Assembly: GCF_009914755.1 (NCBI RefSeq)
Contig: NC_060944.1
From: the human T2T-CHM13v2.0 reference genome, Homo sapiens
Length of the DNA stretch: 64,000 nucleotides
Direction: 5' to 3' (one strand)
Positions 13,074 to 25,598 of the stretch are shown here, piece by piece. The translations under genes and the position numbers were made by a program. The notes beneath the pieces are model-generated. The model was not told the origin of the DNA. It saw only the letters and a program-made list of their open reading frames with translations, and did not search any database. Numbering within the stretch: position 1 is the stretch's first letter; every line of letters begins with the position of its first letter.

Positions 13074-13376
13074 GTTTTGTTTTTTTCTTATAGAGACAGA
13101 GTCTTGCTCTGTCACCCAGGCTGGAGTGCAGAGGCATGATGTTGGCTCAGTGCCAACCTCCGCCGCCCGGGTTCAAGTGATTCTGTTGCCTCAGCCTCCC
13201 GAATAGCTGGGACTACGGGCCCATGCCACCATGTCCTGCTAACTTTTTTGTATTTTTAGTAGAGATGGGGTCTCGCCATGTTGGCCAGGCTGGTCTCAAA
13301 CTCCTGACCTCAGGTGATCTGCCCACTTCGGCCTCCGAAAGTGCTGGGATTACAGGTGTGAGCCACGGCGCCCAGC
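13074..13376 (-). mobile_element. Alu (AluSx-like)
   Basis: Perfect 15-bp TSD TGACTCTCCAGTTTT at 13059-13073 and 13377-13391. Confidence 0.96.
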
Positions 13377-14741
13377 TGACTCTCCAGTTTTAAAAGTAGA
13401 AAATCAGCAACAACCAAAAAGTTAAAAGTTGGCTTACAGATTTGGTATAGAAAATTGTTTGTGCAACAGTCATTAGCATCCGTTTGTATGTAGAAATTTC
13501 TGGTAACTAAGTTCTTTGATCCTCCATTCTGGTATCTAGGAATAACTCTAGTGATGGCGACGTTAACAATTAGCTTTGAGTGCTTATTGTAGGCTGTCAG
13601 TCTTCTGAATTTTTTTTATATATTCCTTCCTCACAAGAGCCCTTTAAAGTAGATTCTTTACCATCCCTCATTGTGCAGAAGTAGAGGAAGGTTTAGAGAC
13701 GTTAACCTGCCCCAAGTTTTGCAGCTTACTTAGCAAATGGGTGGTTAATGAATGCACAAGTTGTACTTTTGAAATTTATTTTGTTAGATGATTTTATTTG
13801 TGTTCTGTTACTTATCCAAAGGAATTTCAGATCGGTTCTCATATAGACATATAAAAGTATATGTGTGTATATATAAAAATGTAAATATAGCATTAATAGA
13901 TTAGGAAAAAAGAAAGGGAGAATAAGTTGGTCACAGAGTCCACCTTTCAGATTGATGTACTCTGAACCTCTATGTAGCTAAGACAGAGAAGGAAAAATGA
14001 TGAGTAATACCACATTGGAAAGGGTGTTATATATGAATATCTCAGGAGACAAAACATCTTTCAGAGGTCTAAACCTTAAAAAAAATTTTCCCTCATTAGG
14101 CATTGACTTTGAGCAATGTATCAGATGCTAACTTTAACAAAGACTTCAAAGCAAAGGCAAGAGCAAAATTCATATGGCCAATTCTTGTAGCAATTAAACA
14201 GTTAACCTAAATCCAAGGGAAATAATTTAGAAAGAGGCCGATAATACGCAGCCAACATCCACAGATGTACCCTGAGCTAGGCATTAGATATCTTATGTAC
14301 CCTGAGCTAGGCATTAGGTAAGTATTCACATACATTAATCATTACAAGGTACAAACTAGTATTATCATCATGTCCATTTACAGATGAGGAAACAGAAGCC
14401 CAGACCAAAGTTCCAAGGCCCCTAAGTGAGGAGCCAGAACTCAAACCCAAACAGTGGGGCTTCCAATCTGTCCTCCCAACCATTCTATTGCAATATTGAA
14501 GAATCTTCTTACAATCTTCCCAGATCCAAGGACAGTCCATAGGTCACTTCAAACTCAGAATTTCTCTTCAAATAGGAATTAGAGAGCAGAATAATGATGG
14601 CCTTTGTCTATGAATTAAATTAAAAGACCTTCTTCCTAGGAACCCATTTTAATTCAGTCCTATAAGATAGCAAAGGTATCAGATTATACCCACAGAACAC
14701 CTGGAATTCTGAACTTGACCACTGTGCACAATAATATTGGG

Positions 14742-15035
<294 letters not shown>

Positions 15036-16079
15036 TAAAAGGAAAGGAAAGGAAGAAAGAAAAGTATTGGGGAGGGATAGGTTCTATTGGGAAGGGACAA
15101 TGAACACCACAGCCATAAATTCTGATTAATTTTGTAATAATACCTCTGACATTCACAATCTTATTGTAACTTGGAGTAACGCTGGAATTATTGGTAGAGT
15201 TCGATAAAACCTATAGTAACACAGATGAGCAAGTGTACTAGAAAACTGAATTAAACTTTTCTCAGGGTGTGATACTGATGGAAAATAATTGACCTGAAGA
15301 GGACTTGCAGTTAATTAATAATCTATTAATAATTGTTTTAAATCATTTGACTCAAACTTATAAAGTCCAAATTATAGTAGCTGATAGTGGCATAAGAACT
15401 GCTACACTCATGCAAAAATATGAAACTTATGTCCAAGAATCTTGGTCTGCTTCACCTCTCCCATCCTTGTCGCTACCACCTTGGGCTAAGAGGCAGTGAG
15501 TGTTTATTTGGACTATTGCTGGTGTCTTCTGATGGGTCTCCCAGCCTCCATTCTTACTCACACACGTCCCCTTCAATCCATTTTTGTAGCCAGATAATCT
15601 TTCTCAGACTGCAAATCTAATTATGTTACTCTTTCTTTGATAACCACCTCCTCCCCCCTCCCCCCAAAAAAATTAATGTTCTCCCCCTTGGTGAGAGTAG
15701 TGAAAATGAAAACACCTGACACAGCCTGCTTGGTCTGAACCCTATCTACTTTTCCACTTCCCCTTTGCTCTCCACACCAACCACACCAGCCTTATGCCAG
15801 TTCCCCAGGTTTATTATGCACCCTTTGGTCATAGAACCTGCATCCTTACCAGGTCAAAGCCCCAGATATACTTTCATAGTTCCACATGCTTCTCCTTTGT
15901 TGCAAGAACAGCTATTACATTTATATTGATCATTGCAAATTATTGACTTGTCTTCCTCATTAGACTGAAATCAGGAACCATGATAATGCTTTGCTTATTC
16001 CCATCTTCCCAGCCCCTGCCTACCATGAAATCAAGCACACGACAGTGCTCAATCTACACTGGAATCCAACAGTTCTGCT

Positions 16080-16460
16080 TGATATGGTTTGGCTTTGTGT
16101 CCCCACCCAAATCTCATGTTGAATCGTAATTCCGAACGTTGGGGGAGGGATAGGGTAGAAGGTGATTGGATCATGGGGGCAGATTTCCCTCTTGCTGTTC
16201 TTGTGATAGTGAGTTCTCGTGAAATCTGATGGTTTCAAAGTGTGTTGCACTTCCCCCTTTGCTGTCTGTCTCTCCTAGTCACCCATGGTAAGATGTGCTT
16301 ACTTCCTCTTCGCCTTCTGCCATGATTGTAAGTTTCCTGAGGCCTCCAGGTCATGCTTCCTGTTAAGCCTGCAGAACTGTGAGTCAATTAAACCTCTTTT
16401 CTTCATAAATGACTGAGTCTCAGGTAGTCCTTTATAGCAGTGTGAGAATAGACTAATATA
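16080..16460 (+). mobile_element. Solo MaLR LTR (THE1D/MSTA-like)
   Basis: Starts tgatatggtttggctttgtgtccccacccaaatctc and ends gtgtgagaatagactaatata. Perfect 5-bp TSD CTGCT at 16075-16079 and 16461-16465. LTR poly(A) signal ATTAAA at 16387-16392. Confidence 0.92.
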
Positions 16461-16534
16461 CTGCTCCTAGATGTGTACCTAATAGACATGAAAACTTGTG
16501 TCCATCAAAATACGTATTAAAGAATGCTCATGCA

Positions 16535-16825
16535 ATAGTCCTGGTTTACCCTAGGGGGATAATGTGCCCAGGCCATGCTTGAAACCATGGATGGTACTCT
16601 ATATATATACCATTTTTTCATATATATATATATCTCCATACCTATGATAAAGCTTAATTTACAAATTAACACAGTAAGAGATTAATAAAATAGAACAATT
16701 ATAAAAACATACTGCAATAAAATTTATGTGAATCTGATCTCTTTGTCTAAAATAATATTTTATTGTGCTGTACTACGGGTAACTGAAATCTCACAATGTG
16801 AAACTGCAGATAAGTGGGGACTTAC
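16535..16825 (-). mobile_element. MER44A-like (TcMar-Tigger) MITE nested in an old L1M 3' fragment (~16060-17070)
   Basis: cctatgataaagcttaatttacaaatt...cagtaagagattaa...gggtaactgaaa...gcagataagtggggact. Confidence 0.7.
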
Positions 16826-17609
16826 TTGGGTAGTTTTATTCTGAACAGCCAGAACCTGGAAACAATAATATTATCAACAGGAGAATGGACACATACATTG
16901 TGGTCTAGTCATACAATGGAATACAACACAGCAGTGAAAAAGAACATCTCATTATGACTGCAAAAAAAAAAAAAAAGCCTGAATCTTACAGACATATTGT
17001 TGAGTAAAAAAGCCAGACACAAAATAGTACATTCTGTATTATTCCACTTATATGAAGTTTAGAAACAGTGGAGGGTAGGGAAAGGTCACCGCTTAGTGAA
17101 GGCTAATAGTAACAACTATTTATATGGAACATTTACAAAATCACCAGCACTGTGCAGAGAATTTGACATGATCCTAACTAAGTCACCTCCCCAGAGCTTA
17201 CCCTGGATTTTTTTATTATCCCCATTTTTTAGATTAAGAACTAAGGCTGTGAGCAGGGAAATACCTTGCCCAAGGCTACATTGCTGGTAAGTGCAACTCT
17301 GCACAATCTCACGGTATCCTGACAATTACTGTTAGTCATTTCTTACAGTGCTGCACAAGACACGTCTGTCATTGTTTTGCCAGAGGACTGTGTGAGATAA
17401 GATGCTGAGCATTCCCCCACAAGGCCTAAGACATAGTAATGACTCAATAAATATCATCTATTATGATCAGTCCCATGAAAATAAAAATAGAGGCTCCACG
17501 AGGTGGCTCAAGGCCATATAGCTAAGTGGCATTGCATTTGTGCAGTTTTGATTGTGAGTTCTATTGTTCAAATTGATTCTAAGTGACTTACATAGTTACT
17601 CTAAATGCA

Positions 17610-17850
17610 GCACCACGCTATGATTTTCATGGGTGTTGAGTATTTTTGCCTGCCTGAGCCCCTTCTTTCATAAGCCAAATATTAAAAAGCATATTTTATG
17701 ACTGCCTTGGGACAGGCAAATGTAACCCAGGCTGGATTATATTCACCCTACTTTCTGATTTTAAAAGAAACTAAACATTTTCATAGGCCCTTAAGGTGCC
17801 ATGGGCCCTAGGCATTCTGCCTCCTGTGCCTAACAGGGAAGTAGGCCCTG
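17610..17850 (-). mobile_element. hAT-Tip100 MITE (ORSL-like)
   Basis: End reads gggccctaggcattctgcctcctgtgcctaacagggaagtaggccctg. The family assignment is from memory. Confidence 0.5.
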
Positions 17851-18816
17851 CCTCAATGCAGATGAGATTGTCACGTGCTGGGTGAGGATGGTGGGTTTCT
17901 TCTGGGGAGTGGAAGAGGCTGTGGTTGAAAAAGACAACTGAAGATGAATTCTTTGTTGATGAGATTATATTTGTCTTGTTCTTTTTTAAAAAATAGCCAT
18001 ACATAAATGATTTAGCCAAAGGCATGAAATGTCATTTGGGTTCAAGTGATTGTGAAGCGTTTTTGATTTAACAAAAAATCATAAAATGATCCAGAAAAAA
18101 TAGGAGACTGCAATTCATAGAAATGCTATTTTGTGCGATTTTATCTGATTTGGAATGGGGTTGAGGAGAAGTAATTGATGAAATGTTATGAAATGCTAGA
18201 ATTTAAATAGGCCTGATGTAAATAATGAAGCATGCTTTCAGGCTTTCAAAATACACAATTCTAGTCTCAGTTTAAAAAGTGGTCAGTTGGAGCCAATCTA
18301 AACATATATAGAGACTGATAGCAGCAACCATGGCATAGAATACATGTTTCCTTCAAAGTTTTAAATTACCTGTTTGCCTAGAGTCTGAACCCTGCTAGAA
18401 GGCCTTTGAAAAAGCATTGAAGGGGGAGAAAAATCCCTCAAACAACTTACATAGTATTTGTCCATGGGATTTGAATGGCTCTTAGCTAGTAACTGGTGTT
18501 TGCAATCTTTTATGGAGGTCTTTAAAAGCAAACAAACACATAAGAACAGGGGACTGAAGTAGTATACTGAACACATTCTGAATGTTATGGAGGACACAAC
18601 AGGATACTTACACATCTTCATTTTGTGCACTTAACCATGACTGCGTGCTGCACAAGACAATGGGTAAGTGTAACATATGAGTTAATTTTGGCATTATGGC
18701 TGCTATTAATGCAAAACCAGGACAACACAAAGACAATATCACACCTTTCCATTCTGTCAAGAATGGTGGGTGCAAGTGCTCTCAGGACCCAGTAATAGAA
18801 GAGCAGATGAATGTAA

Positions 18817-19162
<346 letters not shown>

Positions 19163-20734
19163 CAAATGAGATAATCTTACTCTGACCCCAGGTGTGTTCA
19201 GACCAGAAGAGCTACGGCTGGATCTCACCCAGATGTCTCTGATGACTGTGGGGCTCACATCAGTGAATGAGGCAGGGTGGGCTGGTCACAGCTATCTTGC
19301 TTAGAGGGAGCAGAACTCTCTAGGTGACCACAGTTTTATACCCACCCTGATTGTCTCAACAATGAAGTCGCTGTGGCTTTTATGGAAGAGCAATTTCTAG
19401 GTTGTCTTTCATTTTATGTTGATATCATGGTTTTTAGAGTACTTGGCAGTGGGGGAGACGGTGATGACAGGCAAAGATGTGTCGTACAAGAGGAGGAAAC
19501 AGCCCTGTGGCTTCAGCCAGCTGTTGCCATGGTGGAATGTGGGCAAGACTGGCCAAGCTTTCTGACTGTCCAAGAAAAGCCAGTAATCTGAAATTCTTTT
19601 GTGTGAAATCTCCCAATTTCTAAATGTTGCTGAATCATTCAAAGATTTAAAAGACATTAAGAAGAACATGACAATGAGGAAAAAATGACAAACATCAGCA
19701 AACCCCAGTTCCCAGACTGCCAATTCATAACCCAGTTCACAGACCACCAACTCACAGGGGAATCTGAGCCTTTGTAGAAACCAGTGAGGGTTGAACAAAG
19801 CCCTTTAATAAATAGTAAAAAGGAAAATCTCATCTTTCCTTTGGAATTTTAACCAAACAACACTATTTAACAATGTGTTCTCTATCTTCAACCTATAGGA
19901 AGAAACCCTTTCCTTAACCTACACAAAAAGTAAATAAATCTACGGCAAGGATTTTTTTTTTTTTTTTTTTTTACAACATCAATGAATGGTTTAAATGTGA
20001 TTTTTTTAGTTTATGTCTTTCCCAGTTGCTATCATGGGTTAAAAGAGATTGCAGAATATTGCACAAAAGGAAAGAAATATGAAGTTGCTTCAAAAGATGA
20101 AAAAACAGTAATGGGCAGATTTAAAAAAAAATTGTCAAGAAAATATCCAAACAAACTTAAATGTCACCAGAGAGTTTGCCAATAAGTCCATAAAGCAAAA
20201 AGATTATTAACCTCAAGACAGAGCTACTGTTGGGATCACAGGAAAACCATCAGCTGTGCACCATTTTTATTGACACTTCAGGGTAAACTAATAAAACTCC
20301 CCATTTCAATTAAATTTTGGAAACTCATGTTCCCTTTTTCTTAAATGCTGTAAACCAGCTTATAACCACACAGCCCCTTTTTTCTAAAATCTCCTCTTGG
20401 CTGAGGACGTGGAGCCAATGGCACATTCTAGCATTTTTCTTACTATGGCTTTCCTGGACACAGGCGGCTATAAGACGTGATGTTAATGAAAGGGGGAATT
20501 GTAACTATATGGTTTTCATTTTTGCAGGTGAGCTTGTTGAGCCATTTTGAAATCAAGTGCTCCTTTAGGGTGTGCTTAGTGTTCCTTTTCAGGGGTTCCT
20601 GGAATCATGTCCGAGCTGAAACAGATCTTGGGGAATTTTATTACAGATTTTACAGACTGGAGAATTGAGGCCCAGAATGTCTAACCCTGCCAGAGCCAAA
20701 GAGCAAGAAGGAGTCAACTTCAATTCCATGTCTT

Positions 20735-21295
20735 TGGTAGGCATCCTTCTAAATTGACTCCCACTTACCCCTGCCTCCTGGTATTCATGGCTCTGTGTAG
20801 TCTTCTTCCTTTGAACGTGGGCTGGACCTAGTGACATGCTTCTGATGAATGGAACACAGCAGAAGTGATGGATGTCACTTCTGTGTAAGTCACAAAAGAC
20901 TGTGGCTGCCATCATGCTTGCCTTCGCTTTTTCTGACACACATACTCTCTCTCTCTCTCTGGCTCTTCTCACATGCTTGCTCTAATAAAGCCAGCTGGAG
21001 AGGCCCATGGGACAAGGAACTGAGGGAGGCCATCCACCATTGCAATGAAGGAACAGAGGCCCTCAGCCCAGTCACCCTGGAGGGACTGAATTCCAACAAC
21101 AACTATGAGTGAGCCCAGAATTGGAGCCTTCAGATGAGACCACAACCCTGGCTAACACCTTGATTGCAGCTTTGTGAGAGATCCTAAGCCAGAGGCCCCC
21201 AGCTAAGTGATACATGGATTTCTGACCCACAGAAACTGTAAGTTACTCTATTTCCATAGTTTGGGGAAATTTGATACACAGCAATAGATAGCTAC
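20735..21295 (+). mobile_element. MLT1 (MLT1E/F-like) MaLR LTR
   Basis: ggacaaggaactgagggaggcc...gagccttcagatgagaccacaaccctggctaacaccttgattgcagc...cacagcaatagatagcta. Confidence 0.75.
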
Positions 21296-21490
21296 CACGA
21301 TGTCCAGGGCTCTTGACTCTAAGGCCGGCATTCTTTGTTTCATTGGCTGCCTTTATATTCTTTGTAGATATCTGCATCCTATTAGTGATCACTGGCAGAA
21401 CAATGTACTAGTTAATGTCCAGGATATAAAGATAAGAGTGGCAGAGTCCTTAGTATCACTGCATTTTGCTTTAGGACTAGAACTATATTT

Positions 21491-21491
<1 letters not shown>

Positions 21492-21541
<50 letters not shown>

Positions 21542-22740
21542 TTAAGTTCTAGGGTACACATGCACAACGTGCAGGTTTGTTACATATGTATACATGTGCC
21601 ATGTTGGTGTGCTGCACCCATTAACTCGTCATTTACATTAGGTATATCTCCTAATGCTATCCCTCCCCTCTCCCCCCACCCCACAACAGGCCCCGGTGTG
21701 TGATGTTCCCCTTCCTGTGTCCAAGTGTTCTCATTGTTCAGTTCCCACCTATGAGTGAGAACATGCGGTGTTTGGTTTCTTGTCCTTGTGATAGTTTGCT
21801 GAGAATGATGGCTTCCAGCTTCATCCATGTCCCTACAAAGGACATGAACTCATCATTTTTTATGGCTGCATAGTATTCCATGGTGTATATGTGCCATATT
21901 TTCTTTATCCAGTGTATCATTGATGGGCATTTGGGTTGGTTCCAAGTCTTTGATATTGTGAACAGTGTTGCAATAAACATACATGTGAATGTGTCTTTAT
22001 AGTATAATGATTTATAATCCTTTGGGTATACACCCAGTAATGGGATTCCTGGGTCAAATGGTATTTCTAGTTCTAGATCCCTGAGGAATCACCACACTGT
22101 CTTCCACAATGGTTGAACTAGTTTACAGTCCCACCAACAGTGTAAAAGTGTTCCTATTTCTCCCCATCCTCTCCAGCACCTGTTGTTTCCTGACTTTTTA
22201 ATGATTGCCATTCTAACTGGTGTGAGATGATATCTCATTGTGGTTTGGATTTGCATTTCTCTGATGGCCAGTGATGATGAGCATTTTCTCAGGTGTCTGT
22301 TGGCTGCATAAATGCCTTCTCTTGAGAAGTGTCTGTTCATATCCTTTGCCCACTTGTTGATGGGGTTGTTTGTTTTTTTCTTGTAAATTTGTTTGAGTTC
22401 TTTGTAGATTCTGGATATTAGCCCTTTGTCAGATGAGTAGATTGCAAAAATTTTCTCCATTCTGTAGGTTGCCTGTTCACTCTGATGGTAGCTTCTTTTG
22501 CTGTGCAGAAGCTCTTTAGTTTAATTAGATCCCATTTGTCAATTTTGGCTTTTGTTGCCCTTGCTTTTGGTGTTTTAGACATGAAGTCCTTGCCCATGCC
22601 TATGTCCTGAATGGTATTGCCTAGGTTTTCTTCTAGGGTTTTTATGGCTTTAGGTCTAACATTTAAGTCTTTAATCCATCTTGAATTAATTTTTGTATAA
22701 GGTGTAAGGAAGGGATCCAGTTTCAGCTTTGTACATATGG
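21492..22740 (-). mobile_element. 5'-truncated L1PA (L1PA4-like), 1.25 kb, with (TA)n tail
   Basis: ORF2 C-terminus and 3'UTR on the minus strand. TSD CTAGAACTA(T/A)ATTTT at 21477-21491 and 22741-22755. (TA)n at ~21500-21537. CTAG microhomology at the 5' junction. Confidence 0.95.
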
Positions 22741-24441
22741 CTAGAACTAAATTTTAAACTGGCCATCTTAATGGGATACAACAGGGCTTCCAAATAAGAC
22801 TAGTTTCCTTATTGGGAAAATGAATATGACAATGCCTGTATCATTGTTCTATTGTAAGAAATAAGAAATGCTTACACACACACAATGCTCTCTGTGTGCT
22901 GAGCTCTACACAAAGCACTTTATTAATATTAACTCATTTAATTCTCATAATTTTATGATGAAGACAGTAGCATCACCCTTCATTTTACAGACAGGGAAAT
23001 TGAGGCATATAGATTTTTTAAAAGATTACACTGGTGAAAGGGGCAGAAAAAAGATTCACACCTGAGGCGATCGTTGAGTTCTAGAGTCTGTGTTTTAACA
23101 ATTTTACTTTCTTGCTTTTAGAACAATGAAGAACAATGGAACAACATATATAATATCTTAGCACAGTACTCAATACATATTAAGTGCTCAATATGTGGCT
23201 GCTATTATTATTATTAAAGATACACTTCCATTGTGGCATTGGCTGGCAATGGCAGATCCTGCATATAACAAAGATTTTATGAGGTTTTGATGAAAGCTGA
23301 CCTGAAGCACTCAAATTCTTTAGGATATCTGTCAAGTGAAAATGCCAGCATTTAAAAATGCTTGGATCTAAAGATATCAGGATACTTTCTATTGAATGTG
23401 ATCTAAAGCAAACAAACAGCTAGCCAAAAATTTCTCCTCTGTCTTGCTTAGGCTAAGAAGCAAATGTATTGTCACGCATAACTGAACATTCAGAGGCAGG
23501 ATTGGCTTCAGGCAGGCTGGATTCAGGCTCATACAATGTCATCTGGATTTATTCCTCCTGCCATCTGCTATGCTAGCTTCATCCTAAGACTACATTCAAT
23601 AGTGCCCAGCATCTCCAATCCACGCCCTTCTGTCATCATGGAGAGATGATTCAGTAGCTCCATCTTTATATGTTTCCAAGTTTGGGCCACATGAAAGAAT
23701 GAAAACCTTGTAGAGCTTAAAAAATTAAAGATTCATTCTGATTGGACTGGCTTAGTCACATGCCCATTTCTGATTCATATCAGAGAGATATGGTGGTTTG
23801 AGACCAGGTCATGTGCTCTTCTCTCGGAGGTGTAAGTGGAGTCACATCCTGACCCATGAACTAGAGCAGAATGGGCTACTATCCGAGAAAGTGGGAACTG
23901 ATGTCAGGGGCTCACTGCAAAATGTTGAAGCCTTAACATATCTACATGTTTGATGTCTAGTTCTTTATAGAGAGTAAATATATGAGTCTTCCATCATTTT
24001 GATTCTTGCTTTTGTCTTGTGTACTCTTTTGATCATTATTTTTCATAGTCTGCTTTCTTATATAACTCAACATTTACAATAAGGTATCCTAGCAAGCACT
24101 TTTTAAAAACATATATAACTGCAAAAAAAGAATGGACCACTTTTCTGGGACTGTGCCTATTGAAGAAATGTGGGCTTTATTATTATCTCTTAGTTTTTTG
24201 TGTAACCTTTTAAAGTGCTTTATAGCTCTCTCTCCTCCTATATTTATCTTTCATTTGAAACAAGTGAAAAACGGGATCAATTCTTGGCATCAGAAGGAAA
24301 TGAATACCTAGCAAAACTGCATCACTTTGGAAACCAGTGCAATGAATAACTACCCTTAAGCTTTCAACAACACAATTTATAGTTGAATTCTTTATACGGC
24401 TGACATGTCTTGGACGTCACACAAGGGATTCAGTTACATCT

Positions 24442-24988
24442 TGTATTAGTTATCTATGGCTGTGTAACAAATCACCCCAAAATTTAGCAGCTAGAAACAA
24501 CACACATTTATTGTCTCACAATTTCCGTAGGTGAAGAATCTGGGAGCAGCTCAGCTGGATAGCTCTGGCTCAGAGTCTCTCACAAGACTGTACTCAAGGT
24601 GTCAGACGGGGCAGAGTCATCTCAAGGCTCAGCTGCGGGAAGGTCTGCTTCGCAGCTCACATATGTGGCCATTGTCAGATCTCAGAAGCTCTGCTTCCAA
24701 GCTTACTCACATGGGGCTCTCCACTGGTCTGTTTCACGACGTGGCACGTGGCTTCCCCTAGAGCAAGCAATGCATGAGAGAGTGAAAGAGAGCACCCAAC
24801 AGGGAAGCACAAGTTTTCTGTAACTTCATTTTGAAAATGACATCCCATCACTTCTGCCATGTTCTCTTCCTAGAAGCAAGCTGATAAGTCCAGCCCACAG
24901 TCACGCGGAGGGGATTACCCAAAGGAAGGAATACCAGGAGACTAGAAGGCAGGACATTGAGGACCACCTTGAGAGCCTGCCCACTACA
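24442..24988 (-). mobile_element. MLT1 MaLR LTR
   Basis: tgtattagttatctatggctgtgtaacaaatcaccccaaaatttagcagc ... gcctgcccactaca. Confidence 0.75.
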
Positions 24989-25300
24989 CCTCTATACTCA
25001 GAGGACTGTGTTACAGGACAGTTTAATCTCTAGGCAAACACAGAACCAATAAGACTATAAAGCAAATAGTTTTACAAGATCCCAGTGTGGTCTGTATAGG
25101 CATTTATTTTTCAAAATTTGATTGATTTTTTTTCTCTTTAGCTGACAACATTGATTTTATTTGAGGGAGAAAAAAACCCACCAACTTAATTATTGATTTC
25201 ATTTGAAAAGACTTTTTAACATTTGGAGACTTCTGGATATACTTTGAGAGTAAAAAAAAGAAACAGAACTGAAGATTCACCTACTAAAGAAATGGCTCTT

Positions 25301-25598
<298 letters not shown>

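Noticed and set aside
21500-21537. (TA)n as an independent functional element
   Set aside because: It lies inside the L1 TSD and derives from the L1 poly(A) tail. It is short and ordinary.
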